Shown here one piece after another: positions 23,086-35,651 of a stretch of 64,000 nucleotides of DNA. Both the position numbers and the translations under genes were made by a program. The notes under the pieces were generated by a model. That model worked only from the letters and a program-made list of their open reading frames with translations, did not search any database and was not told the origin of the DNA. Origin of the DNA: Macrostomum hystrix (taxonomy: Eukaryota; Animalia; Platyhelminthes); assembly GCA_950097015.1 (NCBI GenBank), contig CATNEN010000024.1:6882001-6946000 (forward strand), given 5' to 3'. Positions within the stretch are counted from its first letter, which is position 1. The number at the start of each line of letters is the position of its first letter.

Positions 23086-23101
23086 TTTAAGTTCGGCTTA
23101 C

Positions 23102-23177
23102 CAGCGTGGTCGTCCTCGCTGCCACCACGGCCTGAGTCGGCACTGTCACCATCCAGATCCTGTTGGTTGATGACGAC
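23102..23177 (-). CDS. PCDH: Protocadherin exon 2 (76 nt) with CM1-like motif VVINQQDLDGDSADSGRGGSEDDHA
   Basis: Acceptor CCAATCACAG and donor G|GTAAGC; phase 0 in and phase 1 out, matching both neighbours. DSGRGxSE resembles delta-protocadherin CM1. Confidence 0.82.
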
Positions 23178-24658
23178 CTGTGATTGGAGACACATTTAAA
23201 TATAGATATTTATGTTCTTCTAAACATTACACATCAAACATTTTAAATAGCAAAATAACCAAAGCTTTCATGCAAATATGCAAAATTTTCCAGATGGAAT
23301 TATAACAAAACAATATTGCAGAATAGTTCCGTGTAATTTCTTGATGCCCTTTACCGGCGCACACTTTGGTAGGAAAATACAACGAATTCCCAGCAACAGG
23401 TTCTGCCCCCCCCCTAGTGGGACGGGATTCTCTCACACTCTCCCGCCGCTCCACGACGCCACAATAATCCCTAAATCCCTAATCTTGGCATTTCCCACCT
23501 TAAAAAAATAGCCCCCAAGCTACTACAGGTGCGGCCATAGTCCCAGCAGCACTGGAAGCAGCAGACTTCATCTCTGCTTGGGTCAGTAAAGGCATTTCCG
23601 AACCCTCTGGAACCGGCGATAGCCATCAACCTTGGCGCACTCATCATTCCCAACTTCTTCTTTCGCGAGGCTCCGAATCCGAATCCTCGGGGTTCGACGA
23701 AGGGAAAGAAGCGAAGCATTCATGCGCAAAGTGCCGCTCGCTGTACCTCCTGTAGGGCCCGGCCTACACTCCACCTGTTGCGCCACCCACTGAGAGGCTC
23801 CAGGAAGTCACGGCATCCTTATTACTTCTCTTTTTTCGCTTAGCGGTGTAGATGAAAAAATGATGAGAAAAATGAACAAAAATCACGCACTATTTCTAAG
23901 TACTAGCATTTCTAAGTACTAAGGCCTTATTAAGACCTCACTCGCAGGCCATCTTTGATTTCGCCCCGACAGAAATCCTAATACTAATTTCGATCCCATA
24001 TCTCCCCCTGTTTAATAGTACAGGCCGGAGGGTATTTAAGCTTGTATCTCACCGGGATAATCTGGTTGTGGCAGACGAATTTGTGGTGGTGGGGGAATTT
24101 TCAAACGCGGCTCCGGTTATGGGAAATGTGGAAGTAGATGCGTCAAATAAGGCGCTATCTCCATCTGAGAGTCTAAATTTGGTGGCTAAAGTGCAAAAGG
24201 AGGATTACAAGCGCCCAATGAAGGCAATCAAATGTCAGCTGTCAGTGGGTGGGGGGTAAGGCGGCTTAATCTGAAGTGGCAGAAACTGAGAGTGAAAGGC
24301 TGCGGGAGAATAACACGGGCACTGATGGGGAATTCATTTCGCAGTTTCCTAGAAATGCTCGCTTGTTTGTGTGTTTTTTTTCTCGCGCAATGATTTATCC
24401 CCAGGATTACACTTTCCAGGCCCAGATCCCGCTGTAATTGATTGCTTCCCACTGGTTGCAGAGTCGCAATTATTCGGTCAGCTGACCCAATCACGGGAGA
24501 AAGCGATGCTTTACGCACACGTAAAATTTAATGCCAAGTTTCTTAGAATGTTTTGTTACCTCTGCTTTATTCCGAGATTTGCGACTGCCGGTGCTGTGAA
24601 ATTAAACTCTAACAATACCTGTGTTTAGAGGTGCAACGCGGGGACTGTCTCGTTCATG

Positions 24659-24728
24659 AGGGCACAGTAGTTAAACGGTAGCATTATCTCGTTGAAAGTA
24701 GATCACAAGTTCGGCTTGCAGTGCCTTT
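24659..24728 (+). pseudogene. Degenerate tRNA-like fold
   Basis: AGGGCAC/GTGCCTT can form a 7-bp acceptor stem; CAAG-TTCGG-CTTG T-arm-like; ATCTC/G(T)AGAT stem around GTTGAAA. Loops are non-canonical. Confidence 0.25.
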
Positions 24729-24821
24729 AAGGGCCTTGACGAACAACGTCTAGCATAGCTTTTGTTATCGATGTCTACGCCATTAGGTGACAAAACTGTA
24801 CGGTTCTTATTGACTGCCACA

Positions 24822-25170
24822 GGGGGTCGGTGGCAGAGCGGTTAACGCGTTTGCCTCTCATACTAATGTCCCTAAGCTCGATTCCGCGGCGAGGCCACAT
24901 TCATTTGGGGCGCAGCCGCAGAGAGAAGGCTTGGGGGGCTTGTCGTACAATTTTTGCCCACTGGATAAGAGAGGGCACACTGCCTGACGATGAGAAAGTC
25001 AGGGCAGATGTACACACCTGTGTGAGTGTGTGCCTGCGTACAGTATCTGTGTGCGTGTGTGCTCAGGAGTCAGCGAAATGGGCAGAATTGCCTCCTCGCC
25101 GGTTGCGGGTCTAGTGTCTCCAAATGATGCGCCACTGCCCGCAGCCCTCCTGCGATTATTATTATTATTA
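24822..25170 (+). mobile_element. Full-length tRNA-derived SINE in protocadherin intron 1
   Basis: A-box TGGCAGAGCGG, B-box-like GCTCGATTCC, (ATT)5 tail, and a 13-bp TSD ATTGACTGCC(A/C)CA at 24809-24821 and 25175-25187. A second copy lies at 14197. Confidence 0.88.
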
Positions 25171-25235
25171 CACAATTGACTGCCCCATGTGTTAGACTCC
25201 AGCAACAGTTCCTGTGCTTGCAATAGTCAACTCAC

Positions 25236-28118
25236 CTCATTCCTGAGTTCCATCATCTGCGGCCGCAGGTCGCAAGCGCTGCCAACCTGATTGAAAGTGG
25301 TCAGCGCAAACTGGTGATGCGGATTCGCTGCCACTCCGCCGTTGCCGCCCATCATGCCGCACATTCGACTGAAGGCGGCGGCGGATTCTGCGGCAGCCTC
25401 ATCGCACTGGCAGCAGGTGCCGCCGTTTATATCCTTATCGCAGCCGACTGTGCACCCACCGCTGGAGCTGCCGCCTGCACGACAGCCGCTGGACATCAGG
25501 GCATCGCCAGCTGATGTTACGTCGAAGTCGCTGCCGCGACCTCGTCTACGCACGCAGACTATGGCCAGAACCAACACAACGCTTATTACAGCCGTGGCTA
25601 TCACCATGGCAACAATGATGGCCAGATTGGTCTGAGCGTCGCGCAGCTGGCCAATGCCGTGGCCCGGAAGGCGCACCACGTTGACCACCAGGCGGGCGTA
25701 TGCAACGTGGTTGATCGGTCCGTTGTCGTCGGCTCGCAGCGACAGCTCGTACCGGCCAGGCGGAGGCTGACGCAGCGGCATCAACCTGCCGGATGTTCGA
25801 TCCAGCGAGAACGCACCGCCAGACCCGCCGACTAGGGAGTATGTCACATTACTCAGCGAGTCTCTGTCGCGAGCTTCCACTCTGGTGACCTCTGATAAGT
25901 CTCCCGTTGACGTGTAGTTGACAACGAAATTGACATCGGAGGGAAAGACCCACTCAGGATCATTGTCGTTAACGTCGATCAGCTCTACGGTGATCAAAGC
26001 GGTTGAATTGAGTGGTTGGGGCGCAGCTCGATTGTAAGCCAGCACGGTCAGTGCAAAGGACTCGAAGGTCTCTCGGTCGAGGTTGCGCCGACTTGTGATG
26101 ATGCCGTCCTCGCTGAGGCTCAGCGGCCACTGTTCCGGCCCGCTGAAGGTCACCTCCGGGTCCAGTTGCAGCCTCCGTGCCGCAGCAGCATCCAAATAGT
26201 CCAAGGCTTGGGGGCGCTTGCCCACCACCGAGAGAAGTCTGTAGAAAACATCAGCGTTGATGCCCTGGTCCGGGTCATAATGGACCAGCCGGTCGGATAC
26301 GGGTGACGGCCCGGACAGTGCTCGCGTCTCCACCGGGCAGTTCTCCTGCAGCCGGAAAACGAATGGCGGCTGCACCAGCGGGGGATTGTCATTCAAGTCG
26401 ATCACGCTAATGGTCAGTGTGACGCTCGCGCTGTGCCTGGTACCGTTGGCTCCTGGAGAGTCTCGAAGTAGCACAACCAACTTCAGATAGTCCCTCAAGT
26501 CGGGGTCCATTGAATCGCGGTCTATGGTCGACCGAATCCGCAGTTGGGCCTGGCCCACTGTGGCCGCCAGACCTTCGTCAAAGAGCGATGTCTCCGTACG
26601 CACCTCGAACATACCAGCCACTGCCGCGTCCCGCAGCTCAAATGTGAGCGAGTCGCCCCTGTCCCTGTCGGTGGCCATAAGGGTAAACACGGGATTGCCG
26701 ATGTTGTTGCCGCTTGCACCGTAGGTCTCCTCCAAAGAGGTGAAGTAATTTGTCACTGAGAACTGCGGCTCAAACTCGTTAACGCCGCGAAAGTAGACCT
26801 GAACACGCTTGCTGGTGTTTCGCACCGGCTGGCCAAAGTCGCGGCAGTCGATGCGCACGGAAGCGCTTGGCGTCTGCTCGTAGTCAGCTGCGGCGATCAG
26901 GTGCAGCGTGTAGCCCTCCTTGCTGCCGCCATCCAAGCGGAAGAGCCTGTTGTCCGCTTGGCCGCCTCCGAGCTGGCACTCGACGCGCGCGTTCTCGCCC
27001 AGGTCATCGTCGCTGACCATCACCAGTGCCAGCAGGGCAGGTGCGACATTCTCCGAGATGGTGATGCGCTCGCTGTTCTCCGTCATGGGCACAATTTCTA
27101 TAGTCGGTGCGTGATCATTGACATCAATGACTTCGAAGTTTAACTTTGCCTGAGTGCGTCGGCTTGGGCTGCCGCCGTCCGAGACCATGACGTTAACTTC
27201 GTAGCTGCTGCGGACCTTGGCGTTCAGCTGCCGGCGCAAGGTGACGCGACCCGAGCGATCAACGTCGAACTGGCTGGCGATGCTGGCATCGGGAATGGAG
27301 AATTCCAGCTGGCCGTTGGGTCCGCTGTCGCGGTCGTGGGCTTCAATAGTGGCTACCAGGCCGCCGATGTTTAGTGTCTCGGGCACATATTGTACTTGCA
27401 CGGCGGTGACGTTTGGCGCATTGTCGTTGCGATCTTTCACCTGCACAATGAGGCGCTGGTGTCCGCAGCGCTGCTCGCGTCCTCCATCGCAGGCTGTCAG
27501 CGTTAAGTTGTACTGCTTCTGCTGTTCGTAGTCAATTACAGGTGGATTATCGGGGTTCAGCGTCAGGCTGAGGAAGCCCGGCTTGCTGGTGTCCAGAGCG
27601 AAGGTGCCGCCGCCATTTTCTGTCAGTGAGTAGCTGCCCCTCCTGGCCATGCCGTTATCGCCAATGTCAGCGTCCGTCGCCTGGTCCAGTGGATGGCTGA
27701 ATCGAGTATCGCCTTCCTCGATTGACAGAACCTTCTGGGCTTCCTTGAAAATCGGAGCATTGTCGTTTATGTCCTCGACTGTGACGCGAACCAGGACGCG
27801 ATCGGCACCTCGGAAGGCGTTGAACTCGATGACGCAGGGCGGCGCTGAGTCGCTGGCGCCCGGGCAGGCGGCCGGATCCTCGCGATCGATCGGTGAGCTG
27901 ACCCGCACGTTGCCAGACTCGTCAACGCTGAAGTAGGGCGACCGGGGCACGATCCGGTAGGCGCCGCCGCCGTTATCACCGAGGCTCGCGCGAAGATTGC
28001 CGACGGTGGCCTGACGGGGCGCTTCCTCGGCCACCCTGAAGGCCACGTCGGCGGTCTGGACAATGACGGGTGCGGCGACCAGCAGCAGGAGGAGAGAGAA
28101 ACTGAGCATTCGCGGCAT
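25236..28118 (-). CDS. PCDH: Delta-type protocadherin exon 1: signal peptide, 7 cadherin repeats, TM, juxtamembrane region (961 codons)
   Basis: DRE/DxD/DxNDNxP motifs recur (DINDNAP, DRNDNAP, DVNDHAP, GVNEFEP, DLNDNPP, DVNDNDP). Cys pair in EC1; TM LAIIVAMVIATAVISVVLVLAIVCV. The real ATG is 28118 (listed start 28244 is TTG upstream of the acceptor at 28200); phase-0 donor GAG|GTGAGT at 25235. Confidence 0.95.
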
Positions 28119-31029
28119 CCACACGCCGACTGCCACTAGGAATGGCTCGTTGAGTCCTGTGCTCAGTAGCCGATATATTTTAGGCTTTCCGTTCGTTATC
28201 TGAAATTTTAACGCATAAAACTGATCTAATATTGACTTTAACAAACCAGACTCCGCTTTATCAGGTTTTAGTGTGTGTTAGTTTTTCAAATGCAAGTTAA
28301 CTTTCTTCTGAAAACTTTGGGACCAATGGAATGAAGTTTAACTGTGACGGTGTTCTCCATCTTTGATCCGTTTGTGATTCAGCGCCAGATGGGGCTAGCG
28401 GGCTTGAGGTTCAGCTGACCGGAACACGGGGGGTAAAGCTCTGGGAGGGAGTGAGTCAAGGAATCAGAAGGTTGAAGGGTGCTCACACTTGAATGAAAAC
28501 TTTAGTCCTAATTTTAAATCAACTGTAAACGACGGACACAGAGAGGGATGAGATAAAGAGGGAGCCAGAGCTTGGACTGAATGTGCCAAGAACGGAACTG
28601 CAGCAGCAGCAGCAGCAGCAGCAGACTTTGCTTATTTAGTTTTGCTGCTTCAAAGCATTTCTCATGAACAGGACTGTTGGACAGGGGAGGGGAGAGGTGT
28701 GGAGACAATCATGGGGCTACTGTCAACCCGCGGTGCGCGAGGCAGGTGGTATCTCAGTGCTCTCTGACGTGGAAATCAAGTCCTGTCAGCCACTGTCTAC
28801 CCCCCTCTCTGTCTATAGGCCTGATTCTGTCTCGTCACTGCGTGGTCGCGCCGTGTATTTGAGCAACTTAATTGGCTCTCAAGTGGAGCGATTGCATAAT
28901 CTGCAGTCGACAAGGCGGGGGTTAGTGGGGCGGGTCACGGGTCGCCTCGGCGAGATTAGAGAGATCGACCAGCAAGATCTGTAAGCTTTGAGGCATGCGT
29001 GTTCTATAATGAAATCCGCTGCATCTCTCAATGAATGCCCGCCGTCTTAGCAACAGATCTTGTCTCATCTTCAGCCACAATCTAATGCCGCAGCAGTGGA
29101 AAGTGAGACAATGCATGCCTTGCCAAACCTAAGTGGATTTCTTTGAGTACTTCCTGCTTGGAGTAAGTGGATTAGAAACCCATTATATTTTAAGACGGTA
29201 GGTAATATGATAATAAGGAAATCTCTACGTAGTAGCTAATTTAGCTACTCATTGTTGTGACTCCTTGAAACGCTAGACGCAACAATATACCAGTGAGGCT
29301 TAACAAAGTTGTGCCTGAAAACCTACTGATTAGAAAGGGATAAAAGAAAGTGTTAAAGAAAGCTAGGGAAATTGTTTGCTAAGATAACAAGCTCCAACAT
29401 TTTCTGCTTGGAATTCCCGTCTGCAATTAGGACTGCTGGCTAGTTAAAAAACAATTTCATTTCCTCGGTTTTGTTTGGAGGAGTTGAGGTTGGTGAACCC
29501 GGAAACTAAAGACGCTGAGGTGAGACTGGCACAAGCAGAACCACCTGCTTTTCCTTAATTCAAGTCTCTCCTTCTTAAAAAAGTGAACGTTCTACCAACA
29601 CAGGTTGTTTTGACAAGTCCCGTACCAGGCGTCCAGTTTCCACAGATTTCTAACAATGGCAAGAAATTCAACGATCGACAACGCTAGATTATTATTATCC
29701 TTGTTTGGAAATCACTTCAGAGGTTTTCACAGCCTTTGGCCACACACACACAAGCACACACACACAATTATGAATAGGCCGATTCAGCTAGAGAAGACAG
29801 TGTTGCATAACACACCAACCATCGACGGTGTGAAGGAAAGTTGTGATCGGTGGGGATAACGGTACTGTCACTCACTCGGTGGGGCCTGAAATCGCCTGGC
29901 TTAGGAAGCTGAGGTCATGGGCGAACATGTCTAATGAGACATTCAATAGCAGGCATTATTGAAGCTGTCATTGTGACAGCTCAGGATTATAAAATTCAAC
30001 AACAGAAGCAGCAGCAGCAGCAGCAGCAGCAGCAGTGGCAGTGGCTATTAACGCTATGGGAGTAAAGTCTTGTGTGCTTGTCTGACCCCATTTGCACACC
30101 GCTTTCGATCCTCTCCCACTCTCTGGCTCCCCTGCTCCCCTGGTTGGAAAAAGTTGCCACTAAGCCGTGACCGCAGCCTACACTTTCGATCCACTTGACC
30201 CACCATGCTGACAGGATGGGGAACAGTGAGAGGGAGTGAGAGAGGAAGGAGAGAGGTACACATGGGTGGTAGATTCCCATTTGCTTCGTGTCGTTACATC
30301 TAAAATCGCGGCAGCATCCTGAAACGAAACCCAAATATCTAAGAGATTTTTAATTTACATGGTTTCACCTCGTATACTAACTAGATGACGAGGCATTTTA
30401 CTATGCATCTAAGAGTATAGTTACTCCAGTCGTTTACCAGAACGGATTGTTATAGTGAAATCCATCAGTCAGCAGCAGCATGATACTACACAGTTATACG
30501 CATGAGGCAGAAGTCGCCGACCTGGGCGGGGCTAGTCCAGATCTGTCAAGTCAGCGGATGATGAATGTGCTGACTACCGCCGCATTGAGACACCGAAATC
30601 CTCTATCTTATACTTTCACATAGTTTGTCTCCCCATTCCTTCAACGCCAACAAACTGGCCGATAACGAGCTAGAAGCAGAAACGCGGGCAGGGCGGGGGT
30701 CTGTCAGAGAGATACTTCAGTGTCGCAGTCTGGGGGATGAAAGAGCAACTAACAATGTCCGATACTTCGCTGCTGAACTGGGAGGACGGAAACCCCGCCA
30801 AGAATTATCGATCGCTGGCAAGCCGGTTGTACCGGCTGATATGCAAGCGGAAATCAATGGTACTAGTTAACAATGGAGCCGAAGCATCGATCTACATCTG
30901 CTTTGGACTTTTTACTGACAACTTCTAAAGCAGAGCAATTCGAAAATATCCTCATTACTGTGTTCGGGCTGGTTGGCTGACTTTGAACTTGTAGAAACTT
31001 TCAGGAGTGACAGTGCACTTTTGGGAGAA

Positions 31030-31270
31030 TGGTAGACTGGGATGGTAGATTGGGAGAGTGAGATGGTAGGTTGGGATAATGAGATGGTAGATTGGGATAA
31101 CGAGATGGTAGATTGCGAGAGTGAGATGGTAGATTGGGATAATGAGATGGTAGATTGGGATAATGAGATGGTAGATTGCGAGAGTGAGATGGTAGATTGG
31201 GATAATGAGATGGTAGATTGGGATAATGAGATGGTAGATTGGGAGAGTGAGATGGTAGATTGGGAGAATA
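31030..31270. repeat. Minisatellite, 21-bp unit GAGATGGTAGATTGGGATAAT
   Basis: About 11 units. Confidence 0.94.
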
Positions 31271-31854
31271 TGAGGTTAATGAAAAGGACATTTGTTTTTA
31301 TGTTACTAAGCGGCAAAGTCAAAAGGACGATATTAGCCAAAGGTTGTCATCCCCCGGACACCCAGTTGCGGTTTCGCTAAAAAAAGTCAAGAATTGAACT
31401 TGCTAGCGCAGAGTTCTTGACAATGGCACAGCTCGTAGATATTTGGCTGAATCCAGGAGGCAATTGTAGACAAGTTGGGTTGACTTTGACGTCTGACTAG
31501 CAAAGTTGAATTCATATTTTAATGCTTCTGTTATCGCTACTGCTAACGCAGCAGCAGCAGCAGCAGCACCAGAAGCAGCAGCTGTGGGGGCAATGTTAGA
31601 ATTAACCAGCATTGATGTTGTTGCCAAGCTGTGTGAGATAAAACATTTTGACATTGTTCCACAGGCCAGCACCTCATGGGTGTTGTAATAATTTTTTAGT
31701 TAGCAATTTTTCAATACAAATTTTTGCTCCTAGTTGCTTTTTTTCTATCCTGTTTTTTCTGTGTCTCCCTGGGGATAAAAATTGTCATTCTCAGTGGCTG
31801 GGAAGGGAGATTTTTCCTTTTGGCAGCATTTATGTAGACTTCTATGAGTATTTT

Positions 31855-32350
31855 AGCGCAAATGAATCTATTCCTCTCACAATCTACCCCATCACTCCAT
31901 TCTATTCCTCTCACAATCTACCCCATCACTCCATTCTATTCCTCTCACAATCTACCCCATCACTCCATTCTATTCCTCTCACAATCTACCCCATCACTCC
32001 AATCTATTCCTCTCACAATCTACCCCATCACTCCATTCTATTCCTCTTACAATCTACCCCATCACTCCATTCTATTCCTCTCACAATCTATTCCATCACT
32101 CCATTCTATTCCTCTCACAATCTATTCCATCACTCCATTCTATTCCTCTCACAATCTATTCCATCACTCCATTCTATTCCTCTTACAATCTACCCCATCA
32201 CTCCATTCTATTCCACCCACAATCTACACTATTAATCCCATTCTATTCCACCCACAATCTACACTATTAATCCCATTCTATTCCACCCACAATCTACCCC
32301 ATCACTCCCATTCTATTCCTCTTACAATCTACCCCATTACTCCATTCTCA
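31855..32350. repeat. Minisatellite, 34-bp unit CTACCCCATCACTCCATTCTATTCCTCTCACAAT
   Basis: About 14 units. Confidence 0.94.
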
Positions 32351-32831
32351 CTCTCTCACTATTTTTTCTCGTAGTCTATCTCTCCCAACAATCATTTCTA
32401 TCTCACAGGTCCCAAACGTCTAAATTAATCAGCTGACTTGGCCAATCAGCACCGGAGTAATTTGATTGACGGCAAAAAGGCGAGAGGTGACAACACTGGG
32501 CTCAGTTGATCTTAGTCAATCTGAGAGTTCATTGTTGCGTAAGACTTTAGTTGGCTTTTTGTTCTAACAATTAACTAATCATCTCGAGCAACTGTCACTG
32601 TGCGGGAAACTTAACAAGACCCATTGTCCGGCCTTGAAGTGAGGGAGAACTCGTGTGTTTGAAGAATGAGCTCGATCACGAAGGAAAACTGGATTCAGAA
32701 CTGAAAATACACCCAACAGAGTTGGTTAAATATTTTCCTCGCTGGCCCCTTAAAATCCCCATGGGGATTGCTCGGTGGGGATGACGAGATTCAGTTCTGA
32801 GTCACTTTCACGGGATCAGGGGAGCACAATG

Positions 32832-33182
<351 letters not shown>

Positions 33183-34234
33183 GTATATCAATGTCAGTAT
33201 CTGAAAAAAGATCAGAATAAGATGCCGAGATACCACAGCCCTTATTCCCAAGTATTTAGCAGCGAGCATATCTATGAATGCCAATTTGCCAAATCCTTCC
33301 GTCCCAAAAGCCGTTTAAAATCTAACGAAAGCTAATTGTCATCGACAGCCGCAATGCTCGACGAAGCGGCGATAATAAATAGCATCTCTCTCCATCGCGA
33401 TGGGACCTCCATTTCAGTATGTGGGGGGTTGTTGGTTAGCGATGGAAAGCGGTGACAGAGACAGAACAGCAATGTCCTGCTATCTATTTGGCATTTTGAA
33501 CAAAAAAAATGTTTTTCTGAGTCGGATGAAAGCCAAACTGACTCCAGTCTTGAGCCAGCCTTGGGGCAGAGAGCGGAGAAAAACTAATAAACATAATTGG
33601 GCCCTTCTCCCCAATTGGCAAAACTGTTCAGACATTTCCCTAACGAAACTAGGCGAGAGTTGGGATTTTTCAATTCCTTTAGAATCCCACAAATCTATTC
33701 CTTCATCTTTCTCCTGACCGTTTTCAAACTGCTGCGCTCTCCTATTGGGGATATTTTCCCCACGGGACGATGACGCCATCAACGATGCTTCGGGCCGCCA
33801 AAGTCAAGTGTTTTCCACAACTAACTTCTGTTTGGGTCGGCCTGAGAGCTTTTTCTTCTGAAGTAATTTTTTTCCCCAACCAAATTGCACCGAGTCTACA
33901 TGCAGTCTCATTTGGGATCTTACTTTTCATTCGCGCATCCATCAACGTCATGGATCTGGGGACTGGCAATTATAGCCTACCAATTTCGGCGATTGGCTGC
34001 TGATTAGCATAAAATTTGCCTGCGGCTGACGTGCGAGGACCAACATTCAGTCTTTTAACTACTTGTTGGTAAACTGTTTAAATGGGTGTTTAATAAGCTT
34101 ATGCAACAGAGTCACTACATTTTCATTATGGCAATGATAACTATATGATATTACGAGTATTATCATTATTGGTAGATTTTAAGGACGAAAAGTAAGATAT
34201 ACTCGTAGAAAGAAACAGAGGGGTTACAGGAGAA

Positions 34235-35110
34235 GCAGAGAAGTGAAAGGGGAGAATGGGAGAGGAGTGACGGGAGAATGGGAGAGGAGTGATGGGAGAA
34301 TGGGAGAAGTGAAAGGGGAGAACGAGAAAGGAGACAGGGAGAACGGGAGAGAAGAAAGGGAAGAATGGGAGAGGAGAGAGGGGAGAATAGGAGAGGAGAG
34401 AAGGGAGAATGGGAGAGGAGTGACGGGAGAATGGGAGAGGAGTGACGGGAGAATGGGAGAGGAGTGACGGGAGAATGGGAGAGGAGTGACGGGAGAATGG
34501 GAGAGGAGTGACGGGAGAATGGGAGAGGAGTGACGGGAGAATGGGAGAGGAGTGACGGGAGAATGGGAGAGGAGTGACGGGAGAATGGGAGAGGAGTGAC
34601 GGGAGAATGGGAGAGGAGTGACGGGAGAATGGGAGACGAGTGACGGGAGAATGGGAGAGGAGTGACGGGAGAATGGGAGAGGAGTGACGGGAGAATGGGA
34701 GAGGAGTGACGGGAGAATAAGAGATCAGAAAGGGAAGAATTGGAGAGGATAGAGGGGAGAATGGGAGAGGAGTGACGGGAGAATGGGAGAGGAGTGACGG
34801 GAGAATGGGAGAGGAGTGACGGGAGAATGGGAGAGGAGTGACGGGAGAATGGGAGAGGAGTGACGGGAGAATGGGAGATCAGAAAGGGAAGAATTGGAGA
34901 GGAGAGAAGGGAGAATGGGAGAGGAGAGAAGGGAGAATGGGAGAGGAGAGAAGGGAGAATGGGAGAGGAGAGAAGGGAGAATGGGAGAGGAGAGAAGGGA
35001 GAATGGGAGAGGAGAGAAGGGAGAATTGGAGAGGAGAGAAGGGAGAATGGGAGAGGAGAGAAGGGAGAATTGGAGAGGAGAGAAGGGAGAATGGGAGAGG
35101 AGGAAGGGGG
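34235..35110. repeat. Polypurine minisatellite, 22-bp unit GGGAGAATGGGAGAGGAGTGAC / ...GAGAA
   Basis: About 40 units, two sub-types. Confidence 0.95.
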
Positions 35111-35479
35111 AGTCCGCCAAGTCAGATCTCAAAGCAGCCTATTTCTCATAAACACCCAAACACCAGTAAACTAATTACAGTCATTGAGCAGCGATCAGAT
35201 GCCAAGAAGACAGTAACCTATAGCTTGCAACAATGCCTAATGTCTCATTTAACAAGTGTGACATGCAAAATGTGGGAAGCCCTTTGAAGATTTCAGATGA
35301 CAGACGAGAGACGAGAATGAAACAGAAGAAAATCATGACAGTTGATCTCATCGACACTAATGCATCCACTTTTAGTGTCACGTGAGAAATATCTGTTAAG
35401 AATGAAAAAGGTGCATGAAATTGCCTATATGTATCGAAAAACCGATGATAGAAAATGCAGCTTTTGCGTCCATGGACTG

Positions 35480-35651
35480 GGGGACACCATACCCCAGCTC
35501 ATGCTGATACCCATTCAACAGTTGGTAGAACTGAAGCAATGCAGAGTTAAGTGTGTTGCTAATGGATACAATATTTTTCTGCTAAGTCAGGAGTCGAACC
35601 CCCGACCTTCAAGTCGTGAGTCTGACGCTCTTACAACAAGGCTACTGTCCC
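35480..35651 (-). mobile_element. tRNA-headed SINE remnant with CORE-like central domain
   Basis: Head GGGACAGTAGCC...TCAGA-CT-CAC-GA-CTTGA...GGTTCGACTCC (good B-box, unpaired acceptor stem), followed by GCAACACACTTAACTCTGCATTGCTTCAGTTCTACCAACTGTTGAATGGG. Confidence 0.6.

Noticed and set aside
26650-26680. RGD tripeptide in cadherin repeat 5
   Set aside because: It overlaps the Ca2+-binding DxD motif (DRDRGD) and is likely incidental.
28119-28244. N-terminal extension of the protocadherin ORF from TTG 28244
   Set aside because: Non-ATG start lying upstream of an acceptor at 28200; the signal peptide begins at ATG 28118.
30480-30928. Overlapping short ORFs (81 and 63 aa) that look protein-like
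   Set aside because: No recognisable motif and no consistent splice model; ORFs this size are expected by chance.
33480-34003. 100-aa and 75-aa ORFs
   Set aside because: No motif, and no convincing start or splice sites.
35581-35651. Functional tRNA-Val(CAC)
   Set aside because: The acceptor stem does not pair, the T-stem has mismatches and the A-box is degenerate; better explained as a SINE head.
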